Origin: Candidatus Sumerlaeota bacterium
GTDB taxonomy: Bacteria; Bacillota; SLNR01
Assembly (NCBI GenBank): GCA_007132905.1
Contig: SLNR01000020.1
Location: 5,859 to 69,858 of the forward strand
Length of the DNA stretch: 64,000 bases
Reading direction: 5' to 3'
This document shows, one piece after another, positions 19,124 to 29,900 of this stretch. Positions within the stretch are counted from its first letter, which is position 1. Each line of letters begins with the position of its first letter. The position numbers and the translations under genes are program-made. The notes beneath the pieces were generated by a model. The model saw only the letters and a program-made list of their open reading frames with translations, made no database searches and had not been told where the DNA came from.

Positions 19124-19672
19124 ATGAAATTAGATATTCATGATATTAAAAATTCTCCGGGAGAAAGCAAGAGCTATGGATTTGATGAAGAATATCCAAA
19201 ATTTGCTTTTATGGGAGAGGAAATACGTTTTGCAGAACCGGTTCATTTAGCAGTCACTGTCACGAACATCGAAGTAGGGTTTTTAGTGCAGGGTTTTATC
19301 CACGCAGTTGTTAAGCGTGTATGTGCTCGCTGTACAGAAACTCTTACTGACGAAATCAATTCTGATTTCACCGGACTGTTTCAGCAGGAAAAAGAAAGCA
19401 CTTCTCACGCCGGTGAGGAAGACGAGGAAAGTGAAGATGAAGATGAGAATTTAGAAGTCTATTCTTACCATGGGAATACAATCGATATAACCGACATTGT
19501 CTCCGATACGATTACGGTGGAGATTTCCATGAAACCTCTATGCAGGGAGGACTGTCGGGGTTTGTGTCCCGTTTGCGGGCAGAATCTTAATGAAAAGGAA
19601 TGCTCATGCGATACAGAAGAGATAGATGAACGCTTGGCAGATTTAAAAAAGATCTTTTCGGAAAAAGAATAA
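19124..19672 (+). CDS. yceD: YceD/DUF177 family protein (large-subunit rRNA accumulation protein)
   Basis: 182 aa. It has the C-terminal CREDCRGLCPVCGQNLNEKECSC motif and lies directly upstream of rpmF, as in most bacteria. Confidence 0.85.
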   Translation: MKLDIHDIKNSPGESKSYGFDEEYPKFAFMGEEIRFAEPVHLAVTVTNIEVGFLVQGFIHAVVKRVCARCTETLTDEINSDFTGLFQQEKESTSHAGEEDEESEDEDENLEVYSYHGNTIDITDIVSDTITVEISMKPLCREDCRGLCPVCGQNLNEKECSCDTEEIDERLADLKKIFSEKE

Positions 19673-19702
19673 GGACTTTAGCAATAGAAGGAGGTGGGTG
19701 TT

Positions 19703-19876
19703 ATGGCTGTACCAAAGCAGAAGGTTTCCAAATCAAGAAGGAATAAAAGACGGGCGAACTGGAAATTAAAGGCCCCTGTATTGACAGAATGTCCCCAGTG
19801 TCATCAAAAGAAGGTGCCGCATCGGGTTTGTGCAGAATGCGGTTATTACAGAAACAAAGAGGTAGTCAGCAAGTAG
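19703..19876 (+). CDS. rpmF: 50S ribosomal protein L32 (zinc-ribbon C+ form)
   Basis: MAVPKQKVSKSRRNKRR...CPQCHQ...CAECGYY. GGAGG lies upstream of ATG 19703. Confidence 0.9.
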   Translation: MAVPKQKVSKSRRNKRRANWKLKAPVLTECPQCHQKKVPHRVCAECGYYRNKEVVSK

Positions 19877-19936
19877 CAGGAAATTATAAGAATAAGTTAC
19901 CGGGTTAACCTGGTGCTTATTTTTTTTATCCCCTTC

Positions 19937-19965
19937 TTGCAATTGAAAGATGAGTCATGTATACT
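19937..19965 (+). promoter_or_regulatory. putative sigmaA promoter of the fapR-plsX-fab operon
   Basis: TTGCAA-17 nt-TATACT, about 55 nt upstream of the fapR GTG. Confidence 0.5.
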
Positions 19966-20017
19966 AAATTTATTAGCTGATCATAATATTAGGTGCTATA
20001 TATGGGAAGGTGAGTAT

Positions 20018-20620
20018 GTGAAACGGCTGCGCAAGCAAGAACGACAGGAGAAGCTACGCGAGAAGTTAAAGGAGAACCCTTTTTGCACAGATGCAGAATT
20101 AGCTGAGCTCTTTGGTACAAGCGTACAGACGATCAGGCTTGACCGGGCAGCTTTGAAGATTCCTGAATTAAGAGAAAGAACGAAAATGATGGCAGAAAGG
20201 GCGGCCAGTCAAGTTAAATCCATCAGCAGTGAAGATATAGTCGGTGATTTAATTGACATTGACCTAAACATAAGCGGTATTTCTATGTTGGAAACAGATG
20301 AAGCAATGAGTTTTGCCAAAGGCAATGTAGTTAAAGGACATTACATTTTTTCTCATGCAGCTTCTTTGGCAATTGCTGTGATCGATGCGGATGTTGTTCT
20401 GATGGGGTTGGCCAACATTAAGTTCAAACGGCCTGTCTATTGTCGGGAGCGCCTAGTTGCCAAAGCAGAAGTTATTCGAAAAAAAACCAGCAATTATGTG
20501 GTTCAGGTTGTCACTAAAGTCAACGGTGAACAGGTATTTCGAGGGAAATTTGTACTTTTCATTATGGATGATCCGCAAGACCTTGAAGGAGAGATGGATT
20601 ATGATTCGGATCGCCATTGA
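20018..20620 (+). CDS. fapR: fatty acid and phospholipid biosynthesis regulator FapR
   Basis: A GTG start with a GGGAAGGTGAG RBS. The HTH is TDAELAELFGTSVQTIRLDR, followed by a C-terminal hot-dog fold. It lies upstream of plsX. Confidence 0.85.
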   Translation: MKRLRKQERQEKLREKLKENPFCTDAELAELFGTSVQTIRLDRAALKIPELRERTKMMAERAASQVKSISSEDIVGDLIDIDLNISGISMLETDEAMSFAKGNVVKGHYIFSHAASLAIAVIDADVVLMGLANIKFKRPVYCRERLVAKAEVIRKKTSNYVVQVVTKVNGEQVFRGKFVLFIMDDPQDLEGEMDYDSDRH

Positions 20621-21614
20621 TGCTATGGGGGGCGACCATGCGCCGGAAGAAATAATCAAAGGGGCTCAGCTTTCAGCCAAAGAAGGTCAGGAGCTTATTT
20701 TTGTGGGCGATGAAGAGCAATTGATACCTTTGCTAAAGAATTACAACTTTCATCGTACGCAAGCGAACATAGTTCACGCTGAAGAAGTCATCGGCGGTGA
20801 CGAACCTCCCGTGCAGGCGGTTCGAAAAAAACCCGGGGCGACTCTTCCAACAGCCGTCCGCCTGATCAAAGAGGGAAAAGCCGACGCTGTGTTATCCGCC
20901 GGAAACACCGGGGCCTTTATGGCCGCCGCGGTCCTTTATCTTAAATGCATTGAAGGAATTCACAGGCCGGCTATAAGTCCCGCCCTGCCAACACAAGATC
21001 CCGATCGCATGGTCGTTTTGCTGGATGTGGGGGCCAACATGGACGCCGAAGCGGTTCATCTTCTGCAGTATGGTATAATGGGCAGCCTATACGCTGAGAA
21101 AAGATTTCATATTAAGAGTCCGAAAATCGGACTGCTCAATGTCGGAGATGAAGCCGGCAAGGGATCAAAAGTCGTTCAGGACGCTTTTAAGCTTCTTCTG
21201 GACAGCAAAGTTCATTTTGTAGGAAATGTGGAATCTCGTGAAATATTTGCCAATAAGGCCGATGTGGTTATTTGCGATGGCTTTGTGGGTAATGCTGTAT
21301 TAAAAGCAGGCGAGGGATTGGTCGAGGCGATTTTTACCATGATGAAAAAAGAATTTACAAGCGGTGTTCGTGAGAAAGCCGGAGCAGCCCTGCTTCAGCC
21401 TGCCTTTTCAAATTTGAAGCGACGTCTTGACTACAGTGAATATGGAGGAGCCCCGTTATTAGGGATTAACGGAGTTTGTATCAAAAGCCACGGTAGTTCA
21501 AACGCCCAAGCGATCAGCAATGGTATAAAAGTGGCTGCCAACTTGGTGGAAGAAAAGCTGTTAAAGGAAATCAGAGAGCAAATACAAAGGCAGGAGGATG
21601 AGAACAATGACTAG
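20601..21614 (+). CDS. plsX: phosphate acyltransferase PlsX
   Basis: The N-terminus is MIRIAIDAMGGDHAP. It overlaps the fapR end by 20 nt. Confidence 0.95.
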   Translation: MIRIAIDAMGGDHAPEEIIKGAQLSAKEGQELIFVGDEEQLIPLLKNYNFHRTQANIVHAEEVIGGDEPPVQAVRKKPGATLPTAVRLIKEGKADAVLSAGNTGAFMAAAVLYLKCIEGIHRPAISPALPTQDPDRMVVLLDVGANMDAEAVHLLQYGIMGSLYAEKRFHIKSPKIGLLNVGDEAGKGSKVVQDAFKLLLDSKVHFVGNVESREIFANKADVVICDGFVGNAVLKAGEGLVEAIFTMMKKEFTSGVREKAGAALLQPAFSNLKRRLDYSEYGGAPLLGINGVCIKSHGSSNAQAISNGIKVAANLVEEKLLKEIREQIQRQEDENND

Positions 21615-22593
21615 AGCTGTGGGTATCGCCGGATTAGGGACAGCCGTTCCTCCGAAAGTGCTTACCAATAAGGAGATTGAAAAAACAGTCGATACATCCG
21701 ATGAATGGATAACTTCCAGGACTGGAATAAAAGAAAGGCGAATTGCCGAAGACCATGTAAGTACTTCTGATCTTGCTTTTGAAGCAGCCCACGAGGCGCT
21801 GGTATCTACCAATATGAAACCAGAGGAAGTTGATCTCATCATTGTGGCCACGGTAAGTCCCGATATGATTTTTCCGTCCACCGCTTGTTTTACGCAGGAA
21901 AAGCTGGGAGCGCATAAGGCAGCGGCGTTTGACCTAGGGGCCGGTTGTTCCGGATTTATCTATGCCTTGGCGGCAGGTTCCCAGATGATTGCGACCGGTT
22001 TGTATGATAATGCTCTGATTATCGGTGCTGAGGTGATGTCGAAACAACTCAACTGGAAAGACAGAAATACATGCATCTTGTTTGGTGATGCAGCGGGCGC
22101 GGCGGTGATCAAGCCGGTGGAAGAAGGAAAAGGCTTTTTGTCTTTTTATCTGGGAGCCGACGGGGGAGGGGCCGATCTTTTGTCGCTGCCCGGAGGCGGC
22201 ACAAAGCATCCGGCTACGCATGAGACAGTAGATAAGGGCCTCCACTATATCCAGATGGCAGGCAGCGAAGTATTTAAATTTGCCGTTCGTATTATGGGAG
22301 ATGCCTCTTTGGAAGTCTTAAAAAGAGCAGGGCTGTCGCCAGAAGAGGTTGACCTGCTGATTCCCCATCAAGCAAATACAAGGATTGTTGATGCAGCGGT
22401 GAAGCGCTTAGGGCTGGATAAAAACAAGGTTTGTGTGAATGTGGACCGCTACGGGAATACATCGGCCGCTTCGATTCCGGTTGCTTTGTATGAAAGCTTT
22501 GAGCAGGGACGAATCAAACCTGGAGACAACATCGTTATGGTTGGATTTGGAGCGGGTCTGACCTGGGGCTCGACTGTGCTTCGCTGGGCTTAG
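21607..22593 (+). CDS. fabH: 3-oxoacyl-ACP synthase III
   Basis: AGGAGG lies 9 nt upstream of ATG 21607. It has the motifs GAGCSGF (active-site Cys), HQAN and GNTSAAS. Confidence 0.95.
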   Translation: MTRAVGIAGLGTAVPPKVLTNKEIEKTVDTSDEWITSRTGIKERRIAEDHVSTSDLAFEAAHEALVSTNMKPEEVDLIIVATVSPDMIFPSTACFTQEKLGAHKAAAFDLGAGCSGFIYALAAGSQMIATGLYDNALIIGAEVMSKQLNWKDRNTCILFGDAAGAAVIKPVEEGKGFLSFYLGADGGGADLLSLPGGGTKHPATHETVDKGLHYIQMAGSEVFKFAVRIMGDASLEVLKRAGLSPEEVDLLIPHQANTRIVDAAVKRLGLDKNKVCVNVDRYGNTSAASIPVALYESFEQGRIKPGDNIVMVGFGAGLTWGSTVLRWA

Positions 22594-22703
22594 CTAGAAA
22601 ACCAAGCGTTAATCATACAACCTAGTCAAAAGGAAATGGTACTTACCTGTTCCATTCGATATAGATAGATAAAATCAAAAGGCATGATGAGAGGAGCCTG
22701 AGG

Positions 22704-23624
22704 ATGAAAAAGACAGCTTTTATGTTCCCTGGACAGGGAGCACAGTATGTAGGCATGGGAAAAGAACTTGCTGAATATTATCCCGAAGCAGACCAAGTAT
22801 TTGAGATGGCAAGCGAAGCCATCGGATATGATATGAAAAAATTGTGTTTTCAGGGCCCCGAAGAAGAACTTAAGAAAACAGAAAATACTCAGCCGGCGAT
22901 CTTAACAACTAGTATGGCTGCCTATAATATACTTGAGCGAAAAGGATTCAAACCGGAGGTGGTGGCTGGTCTAAGCCTAGGCGAGTATTCGGCTTTGGTG
23001 GCCTCCGGAAGTTTGTCACTGCAAGAGGCCGTTTTATTGGTAAAAGCAAGAGGGAAGTACATGCAGGAGGCGGTCCCTTTAGGGCAAGGGAAGATGGCGG
23101 CCATCATTGGTCTTTCAAGAGAAAAGGTGAAAAACATCTGTCGTGAAGCGGATGGCGTTTTGGAGCCTGCCAACTTCAACTCGCCGGGACAGGTTGTCAT
23201 CGCCGGCGAGACCGATGCTGTCGAACAGGGAGTGGAGATGGCTCAAAGCGAGGGAGCAAAGAAAGCCGTAGTGCTTCCGGTAAGTGCTCCGTTTCACTGC
23301 CGGCTTTTAAACCCGGCCGGGGAAAAACTAGCCGAGGATTTAGAGAAGGTAACCATCAATGACCCAAAAATCCCTCTCATTGCCAATGTACACGGTGATT
23401 ATGTCCATAAGGCCGAAGAGATCAAAGAAGCCTTGATTCGCCAGGTAAGTCATTCGGTTTATTGGGAAGACAGCATACAGAGGATGATTTCAGACGGCAT
23501 AGAGCACTTTGTGGAAGTAGGTCCCGGGAAGGTGCTGTGCGGTTTTGTTAAAAGGATTGACCGCAAAGCAGTTTTGCATAATGTCGAAGATAAAAAGTCA
23601 TTGGAAAATTTGCTTGATTATTAA
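22704..23624 (+). CDS. fabD: malonyl-CoA:ACP transacylase
   Basis: FMFPGQGAQYVGMG and GLSLGEYSAL are FabD signatures. Confidence 0.95.
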   Translation: MKKTAFMFPGQGAQYVGMGKELAEYYPEADQVFEMASEAIGYDMKKLCFQGPEEELKKTENTQPAILTTSMAAYNILERKGFKPEVVAGLSLGEYSALVASGSLSLQEAVLLVKARGKYMQEAVPLGQGKMAAIIGLSREKVKNICREADGVLEPANFNSPGQVVIAGETDAVEQGVEMAQSEGAKKAVVLPVSAPFHCRLLNPAGEKLAEDLEKVTINDPKIPLIANVHGDYVHKAEEIKEALIRQVSHSVYWEDSIQRMISDGIEHFVEVGPGKVLCGFVKRIDRKAVLHNVEDKKSLENLLDY

Positions 23625-23640
23625 AGGGAGGTCTGCTAAT

Positions 23641-24381
23641 ATGATGCTAGAAAATCAGGCGGCGCTTGTTACCGGCGGAGGCAAAGGAATTGGCCGTTCC
23701 ATTGCATTGGCTTTGGCTCATGAGGGCGCGGATGTTGTCGTAAATGACATAGACCGTGAGGCGGCCGAGAATACATCTGAAGAAATAAAGGCATTGGGAA
23801 GAGAATCAATGGTCGTTCTGGCTGATATCAGCCAAAGTTCTGAAGTAGAAGAAATGGTCAAAACGGTGCTGCAAAGATTCAAGAGGATTGACATCTTAAT
23901 CAACAACGCCGGGATTACCCGAGATGGCCTGCTTTTGCGCATGAAAGAGAACGATTGGGATGCGGTGATGAGCATTAATCTAAAGAGCGTCTATCTATGC
24001 ACAAAAGCGGTCATGAGAACAATGATGAAGCAGCGGTCCGGGAGAATTATCAATTTGGCGTCTGTGGTCGGAGTGATGGGCAATGCGGGGCAGTCCAATT
24101 ATGCTGCTTCCAAGGCGGGCGTGATTGGTTTTACGAAGTCGACGGCCAAAGAATTAGCGCCCAGAGGAATTACGGTGAATGCCGTAGCCCCCGGGTTTAT
24201 CGCCACCGAAATGACCGAGAAACTGTCGGATGAAGTAAAACAGGAATTCTTGAATAAGATTCCTTTAAACAAGGCCGGGACGCCTGAAGATGTAGCTCAT
24301 GTAGTGCGTTTTCTCGCCTCCCCTGATTCACATTATATCACCGGACAGGTGCTGCATATCGATGGCGGCATGGTTATGTAG
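23641..24381 (+). CDS. fabG: 3-oxoacyl-ACP reductase
   Basis: SDR motifs TGGGKGIGR, NNAG and YAASKAG. The RBS is AAGGGAGG. Confidence 0.95.
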   Translation: MMLENQAALVTGGGKGIGRSIALALAHEGADVVVNDIDREAAENTSEEIKALGRESMVVLADISQSSEVEEMVKTVLQRFKRIDILINNAGITRDGLLLRMKENDWDAVMSINLKSVYLCTKAVMRTMMKQRSGRIINLASVVGVMGNAGQSNYAASKAGVIGFTKSTAKELAPRGITVNAVAPGFIATEMTEKLSDEVKQEFLNKIPLNKAGTPEDVAHVVRFLASPDSHYITGQVLHIDGGMVM

Positions 24382-24428
24382 ATTCACATTAGATCATAGA
24401 ACATCGGCCACGGCGGAAGGGGGTGAAA

Positions 24429-24671
24429 ATGATGGCGAATGACACCGCGTATGAAAAAATAAAGGAAATTATTGTAGAGCAATTGGGCATTGATGAAGAG
24501 GAAGTGAAAGAAGCAGCCTCTTTCATTGATGATTTAGGAGCGGATTCCTTGGATATAGTGGAATTGATTATGGCTATGGAAGAGGAATTTTCTCTAGAAA
24601 TACCCGACGAAGATGCTGAGAAGCTGTTGACCGTTGGTGATGCAGTAAAGTATGTGAAAAGTGCTGAATAA
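24429..24671 (+). CDS. acpP: acyl carrier protein
   Basis: The phosphopantetheine attachment motif DLGADSLD is present. The protein is about 80 aa and acidic. Confidence 0.95.
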   Translation: MMANDTAYEKIKEIIVEQLGIDEEEVKEAASFIDDLGADSLDIVELIMAMEEEFSLEIPDEDAEKLLTVGDAVKYVKSAE

Positions 24672-24678
24672 GAATTGA

Positions 24679-24706
24679 GAAAGTCCCGTAAAGAAACGGG
24701 ACTTTC
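24679..24706 (+). terminator. stem-loop between acpP and fabF (possible attenuator or processing site; no T-tract)
   Basis: GAAAGTCCCGT-aaagaa-ACGGGACTTTC is a perfect 11-bp stem. Confidence 0.4.
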
Positions 24707-24824
24707 CCAACATATAGCCTAATGATATAAGCAGTTTGAAAAAGGTTTAATGGTCAGAAAACAGGATGTATTGAAACGGCCGGACACCGCCGAGCTATTT
24801 AGAAGAAAGTATGGGGTGAGTGCA

Positions 24825-26066
24825 ATGAAAAATCGTGTTGTAGTGACCGGACTGGGAATCATTTCCCCGATTGGTACCGGCAAAAGCGCTTATTGGGAAG
24901 GGCTAAAAAACGGCCGATCCGGGGTAAAACCCATTGACCGGTTTGATGTAAGCGATTATCCTACAAAGATTGCGGCCACCGTCGACGATTTTAAAGCTGT
25001 CGATTATATCGATCGAAAAGAAGCTAAAAGAATGGATCGATTCACCCAGTTTGCGGTTGCAGGGGCCAAAATGGCGGTGGAAGACGCAGGCATTGATTTA
25101 GCCGGTATGAACCTGGAAAAAGCAGGAGTGTCTTTTAGTACAGGAATCGGCGGGATGGAGACACTTGAAACACAGTTTAAGGTGATATCAGAAAAAGGAG
25201 TTAGTAAGATGAGTCCTTTCTATATCCCCATGATGATCTCCAATATAGCCGCCGGGCATATATCGATGACCTATGGGCTAAAAGGACCGAACTTAACTTA
25301 TGTAGCAGCCTGTGCAGCTTCTTCTCACGCCATCGGAGAGGGGTTTAAAATCCTTCAAAGAGGCGATGCGGATCTTCTTGTTGCGGGCGGCTCAGAGGCA
25401 GCCATCACGCCTTCTGCACTGGGAGGGTTTTGTGCTATGCGGGCGCTCTCCACACGAAATGACGATCCCGAGAAAGCATCCCGCCCATTTGATCAGCAGC
25501 GAGATGGTTTTGTCATGGCAGAAGGCTGCGGTGTTGTGATTCTCGAGACCCTTGAGCATGCACAAAAACGTAATGCCCATATCTATGGAGAGCTAGTTGG
25601 CTTTGGAAATACAGCGGATGCTTACCACATCACAAAGCCGCCGCCGCAAGGAGAAGGAGCCTATAGGGCGATGAAAATGGCGCTTGACGATGCAAAGATG
25701 GAACCCGGGGAGATTGATTATATTAATGCACATGGGACTTCGACGGAATTAAACGATAAATTTGAAACAATTGCGATCAAGAACCTGTTTGGCGAACTTG
25801 CCAAAAAAGTGCCGGTAAGTTCGACAAAATCCATGACAGGACATCTACTGGGTGCAGCCGGAGCGGCTGAAATCATCAGCTGTATTTTGGCCATGGAAAA
25901 TCAGTGCCTTCCTCCCACCATTAATTATGAACATAAAGATCCCGATTGTGATTTAGATTATGTTCCGAATACATCGCGGTCTCATCAGATCCGGGCTTCT
26001 TTATCTAATTCTTTTGGATTCGGAGGCCAAAATGGGGTCTTGATAGTGAAGCAGTTTAGCAGGTGA
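24825..26066 (+). CDS. fabF: 3-oxoacyl-ACP synthase II
   Basis: [11 protein letters not shown], active-site ACAASSHA, and the HGTST and GHLLGAAG motifs. The track start at 24750 is an upstream extension. Confidence 0.95.
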   Translation: MKNRVVVTGLGIISPIGTGKSAYWEGLKNGRSGVKPIDRFDVSDYPTKIAATVDDFKAVDYIDRKEAKRMDRFTQFAVAGAKMAVEDAGIDLAGMNLEKAGVSFSTGIGGMETLETQFKVISEKGVSKMSPFYIPMMISNIAAGHISMTYGLKGPNLTYVAACAASSHAIGEGFKILQRGDADLLVAGGSEAAITPSALGGFCAMRALSTRNDDPEKASRPFDQQRDGFVMAEGCGVVILETLEHAQKRNAHIYGELVGFGNTADAYHITKPPPQGEGAYRAMKMALDDAKMEPGEIDYINAHGTSTELNDKFETIAIKNLFGELAKKVPVSSTKSMTGHLLGAAGAAEIISCILAMENQCLPPTINYEHKDPDCDLDYVPNTSRSHQIRASLSNSFGFGGQNGVLIVKQFSR

Positions 26067-26070
26067 TATA

Positions 26071-26793
26071 ATGGCAAAAAAGAGTGAAAGATCGCGACTT
26101 GAAGAAAAAATCGGTTACCGTTTTGGTGACCCGGAAATTTTGGAACAGTCGCTGGTGCATGCTTCTTATGCCAATGGGAAAAGAAAACATGAGCTGCCAA
26201 ACAATGAAAGGCTTGAATTTTTGGGGGACGCTGTTTTGCAGCTCGTGGTATCTGAATATTTATTTACAGTATACGAAGAACTTTCTGAAGGTGTCTTGAC
26301 ACGTCTTCGAGCTGCGGTTGTGTGCGAACCTGTGCTGGCTAAACTAGCTCAAGAAGAATTGGATCTGGGAAGTCACCTGCAGTTAGGAAAAGGCGAAGAG
26401 TCAAGCGGCGGCCGAAAACGTCCTTCTATATTGTCAGATGCATTAGAAGCTCTCATTGGCGCGATCTATCTTGACGGTGGAATGGAACCGGCGGCAAAAG
26501 CAGTCCTTCGCTTACTTAGTTCAGAAATTGAAGCGGCCCATGAAGGGAAACTTCAAAAAGACTATAAGACCACGCTGCAGGAGGCTGTGCAGAAAAATCT
26601 CGGACAAGCAGTTACATACCGTCTCATCTCCCAAGAAGGCCCTGACCACGATAAAACCTTTCACGTCCAGGCGATTAGCAAAGATGAAGTGCTGGGTTTG
26701 GGCCGGGGGAAAAGCAAAAAAGACGCCGAGCAGGCAGCCGCCCAGCAGGCGTTGGAAAAAATGAACATAGATGATTCGCCCGGCAGCAGATAG
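26071..26793 (+). CDS. rnc: ribonuclease III
   Basis: The signature is NERLEFLGDAVL, and a C-terminal dsRBD is present (GPDHDKTF...GRGKSKKDAEQAAA). Confidence 0.95.
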   Translation: MAKKSERSRLEEKIGYRFGDPEILEQSLVHASYANGKRKHELPNNERLEFLGDAVLQLVVSEYLFTVYEELSEGVLTRLRAAVVCEPVLAKLAQEELDLGSHLQLGKGEESSGGRKRPSILSDALEALIGAIYLDGGMEPAAKAVLRLLSSEIEAAHEGKLQKDYKTTLQEAVQKNLGQAVTYRLISQEGPDHDKTFHVQAISKDEVLGLGRGKSKKDAEQAAAQQALEKMNIDDSPGSR

Positions 26794-26983
26794 CTTCCGG
26801 GTTTTTTTATTTTACAGCTCAAAGTTTGCAGGTTTGGCTGTGATTATGAGTTGAAAGTCTGCTGAAAAAAGGATACTAGCGGCAAATGAAGAACCATGTT
26901 GTTTGAAGATTTTTCTAAGAAAGATACAAAGATGTGCGGCAGGAGATCTGTCAGCAGGCAGGACGGGCGCTGGAGGGAGACAG

Positions 26984-29900
26984 TTGTACTTAAAAAGGCT
27001 GGAAATCAATGGATTTAAATCGTTTGCGGATAAGACAAAGGTAGAACTGAAAGAAGGAATCAATGCGGTCGTCGGTCCCAACGGGAGCGGGAAAAGCAAT
27101 ATTTCCGATGCGGTTTTGTGGGTGTTGGGAGAACAAAATGCCCGCATTTTAAGAGGCAGTCGTATGGAAGATGTTATTTTCTCTGGAAGCGACAAAAGAA
27201 AGGTAAAGGGCCTGGCGGAAGTAAATCTAATCCTTGATAACAGCGACGGTACTTTTCCGCTTGATTACAGCGAAGTGAGCATTAAAAGAAGGTTGTACCG
27301 AACAGGCGACAGCGAATACTTCATTAACAAGACCCCCTGCAGATTAAAAGACATCCACGAGCTGCTCGTTGATACGGGATTTGGCCGGGATGCTTTCTCG
27401 CATATAGGGCAGGGCAGAATCGATGAAATATTAAGTGTGAAACCGGAGGAGCGGAGAACGGTAGTAGACGACGCGGCCGGTCTTATCAAGTATAAGAACA
27501 GAAAAAAAGAGGCGCACAAGAAGCTAGATGAGACAAAAAAAAGCATTGTAAGAGTGGAAGATATTCTCATAGAGCTTGAGTCACAGTTAGAGCCTTTAGC
27601 CCAACAGGCAGATAAAGCCAAGGAATACCTGAAGCTAAAAGAAGAGATCGATGAGCTAGAAATATCTAAAACGGTCTGGCTGATTCACAATTTGAAATCA
27701 GAGCTGACAGAAAAACAAAAAAAGCATGATTTGCTTGTTGATGAGATTACTGAAATGGAAGCACGCACGGCTTCTGTGGAGTCTTCTTTAGAAAAAAAGC
27801 AGCTTAAGATCCAGACTCTGGATCGAGAAATACGAGAAAAGCAGATGAATCTGCAGGAAAAGAAGAGCCGGTTGGAAAGATGCGAAGGAGATTTGCGATA
27901 TAGTCAAAGACAACAAGAAGACCTAAAGAAGAGCTTTCATAACACAGCCGCGGAAATTGACAGCCTTGAGCAAGAAAAAGAAGAAACAGCCATAGCGTAT
28001 GCCGGCGAAAAAGAAAAAATGAAAGAAGTAACGACATCTTTAGAGGAGCTGCTAGAAGAATCGGAACAGGAAAACCAAAAATATACCGCTGTGATCGAAG
28101 AAATCACACAAAAAGGAAAAAGCCTGGAGGAAAAAAAGAGTTTCTTGATCGACATAATGAATCAACTAGCCGATGCCAGCCATAAAATGCGCATGAAAGA
28201 GGCAGAACTAGACCGAAACGAAAACGAACTGGAAAAAAGAGGGTTGGAAAAGAAACAGGCTCTTCAGGAAATGGAAACATTATTAGAGAGAAAACAGGAC
28301 TTAGAAAGCCAAAAGGAAAGAGCGGCGGAGAGAAAAAATGAAAAAGAGCAATCCTTAAAGAGAGCAGACAAAGAAAAAGAAAATGTATTAGCAAGTATTA
28401 AGAACCATGATCAGGAAACCTCGGATCTGCAAGATAAGATCCGACAGATGGAGTCTCGTTTGAATGCACTGGAAGAAATGAGTAAAGGATACGAAGGGTA
28501 TCACAAAGGTGTCCGTTCGGTTCTGCTTGGCCTCCGTAAAAAAGCCTTTGACGGCGAGGGCATTTGTGGGGTTGTGTCAGAACTGATTCATGTTGAGAAA
28601 GAATTTGAGGCAGCGATAAGCACAGCTTTAGGAGGTTCGCTGCAGAATATTGTTACAGAGACAGCAAATGATGCCATGAAGGCCATTGATCATCTAAAAG
28701 AAAGCAAAGGAGGCAGGTGTACTTTTCTTCCCCTGGAATCCATTGGCGCAAAGCCAAGAACCGACACCTTTCAACGAATATCGTCAGAAAAAGGGTATAT
28801 TGGAGTGGCCGCGGATTTGGTGGTGTTTGAGGAGAAATACCAAGCGGTATTGGAACATCTTCTGGGAAATATTGCAGTTTTTAGTAATCTTCGCGATGCT
28901 TCAAAAGCAGCCAAAAAAGCCAATCATCGGTTACGGATTGTTACAGTGGATGGGGATATGATAAGTTCCGGGGGAGCTATGAGCGGAGGAAGTCAAAGTA
29001 GTTTTCAAATGGGGCTTTTAGGCCGCTCTCGTGAAATAAAGACGTTGAAAAAGAAAATCAATCAGAAAACCCAAGATATTGAAAACCGAAGCGAAAGAAA
29101 GGAAGCCTATGTTGGCAGGCTGGATATCGCCGAAGAGAGAATCCGCGAGCTTTCTGATGCTTTAAAGCAAGGAGAAATTCAGCGAGCCGAGATATCAAAA
29201 GAATTTGAGCAAATCGAGTATGAAAGGAAGCGACTGGCAAAGCAGCTAAATACAATAGAACATGAGGTCAAACTTCTTCAGGAAAACATGGATTCAGCAG
29301 CACAAGAGAGGGAAGTCCTCAAAAGAGAACAAAATATGAAGAATCAGTTGAAAGAAGAAACGAACCGGGAAATCGAAAAACTAACGGATACTTTAAGCGA
29401 AGAAGAGACAATTAAAGAAAATATGTCAGCCAAAGTCACGGACAGTCGTGTCGAGATAGCTTCCATCGAACAAAAAAAGCAGAATATGAATGAACAAGTG
29501 CAGATGTTTGAGAAAATGTTGGCCAAACATGAAAATAGATTAGAGAAGTTGCAAATAGACAAGAAGAAAGCACAAGAAGATTTAACTTTGACAGAAAAAG
29601 AACAGACGTCCTTAAAAGACCAAAGGGATGCTCTATTGTCTGAACGTACCACAGCGGAAAAAGACTTAAAAGATCAGGAAGAAGATAGAGATTCATTGGC
29701 ACAGAACTTGGAGGAAGAAGAAAAAGAGTTAAAGAAAGTCCGAAAAAAAGCAAACAGAGCGAAAGAAAAATGCCATGCCCTGGACATTGATATCACGCGG
29801 CAAGATATTGAAATCCGAAACCAATCAGAAAAGCTTTGTAACGAGTATTCACTGGATACAGAGAATTTGAACGGACAGACCTGCAAGCCCATTGATTTAT

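Noticed and set aside
19966-19996. Possible FapR operator just downstream of the fapR promoter (ATTA-GCTGATCA-TAAT)
   Set aside because: Only 4-bp outer arms plus an internal TGATCA palindrome are present. The resemblance to the Bacillus FapR box is too weak to call without a matrix scan.
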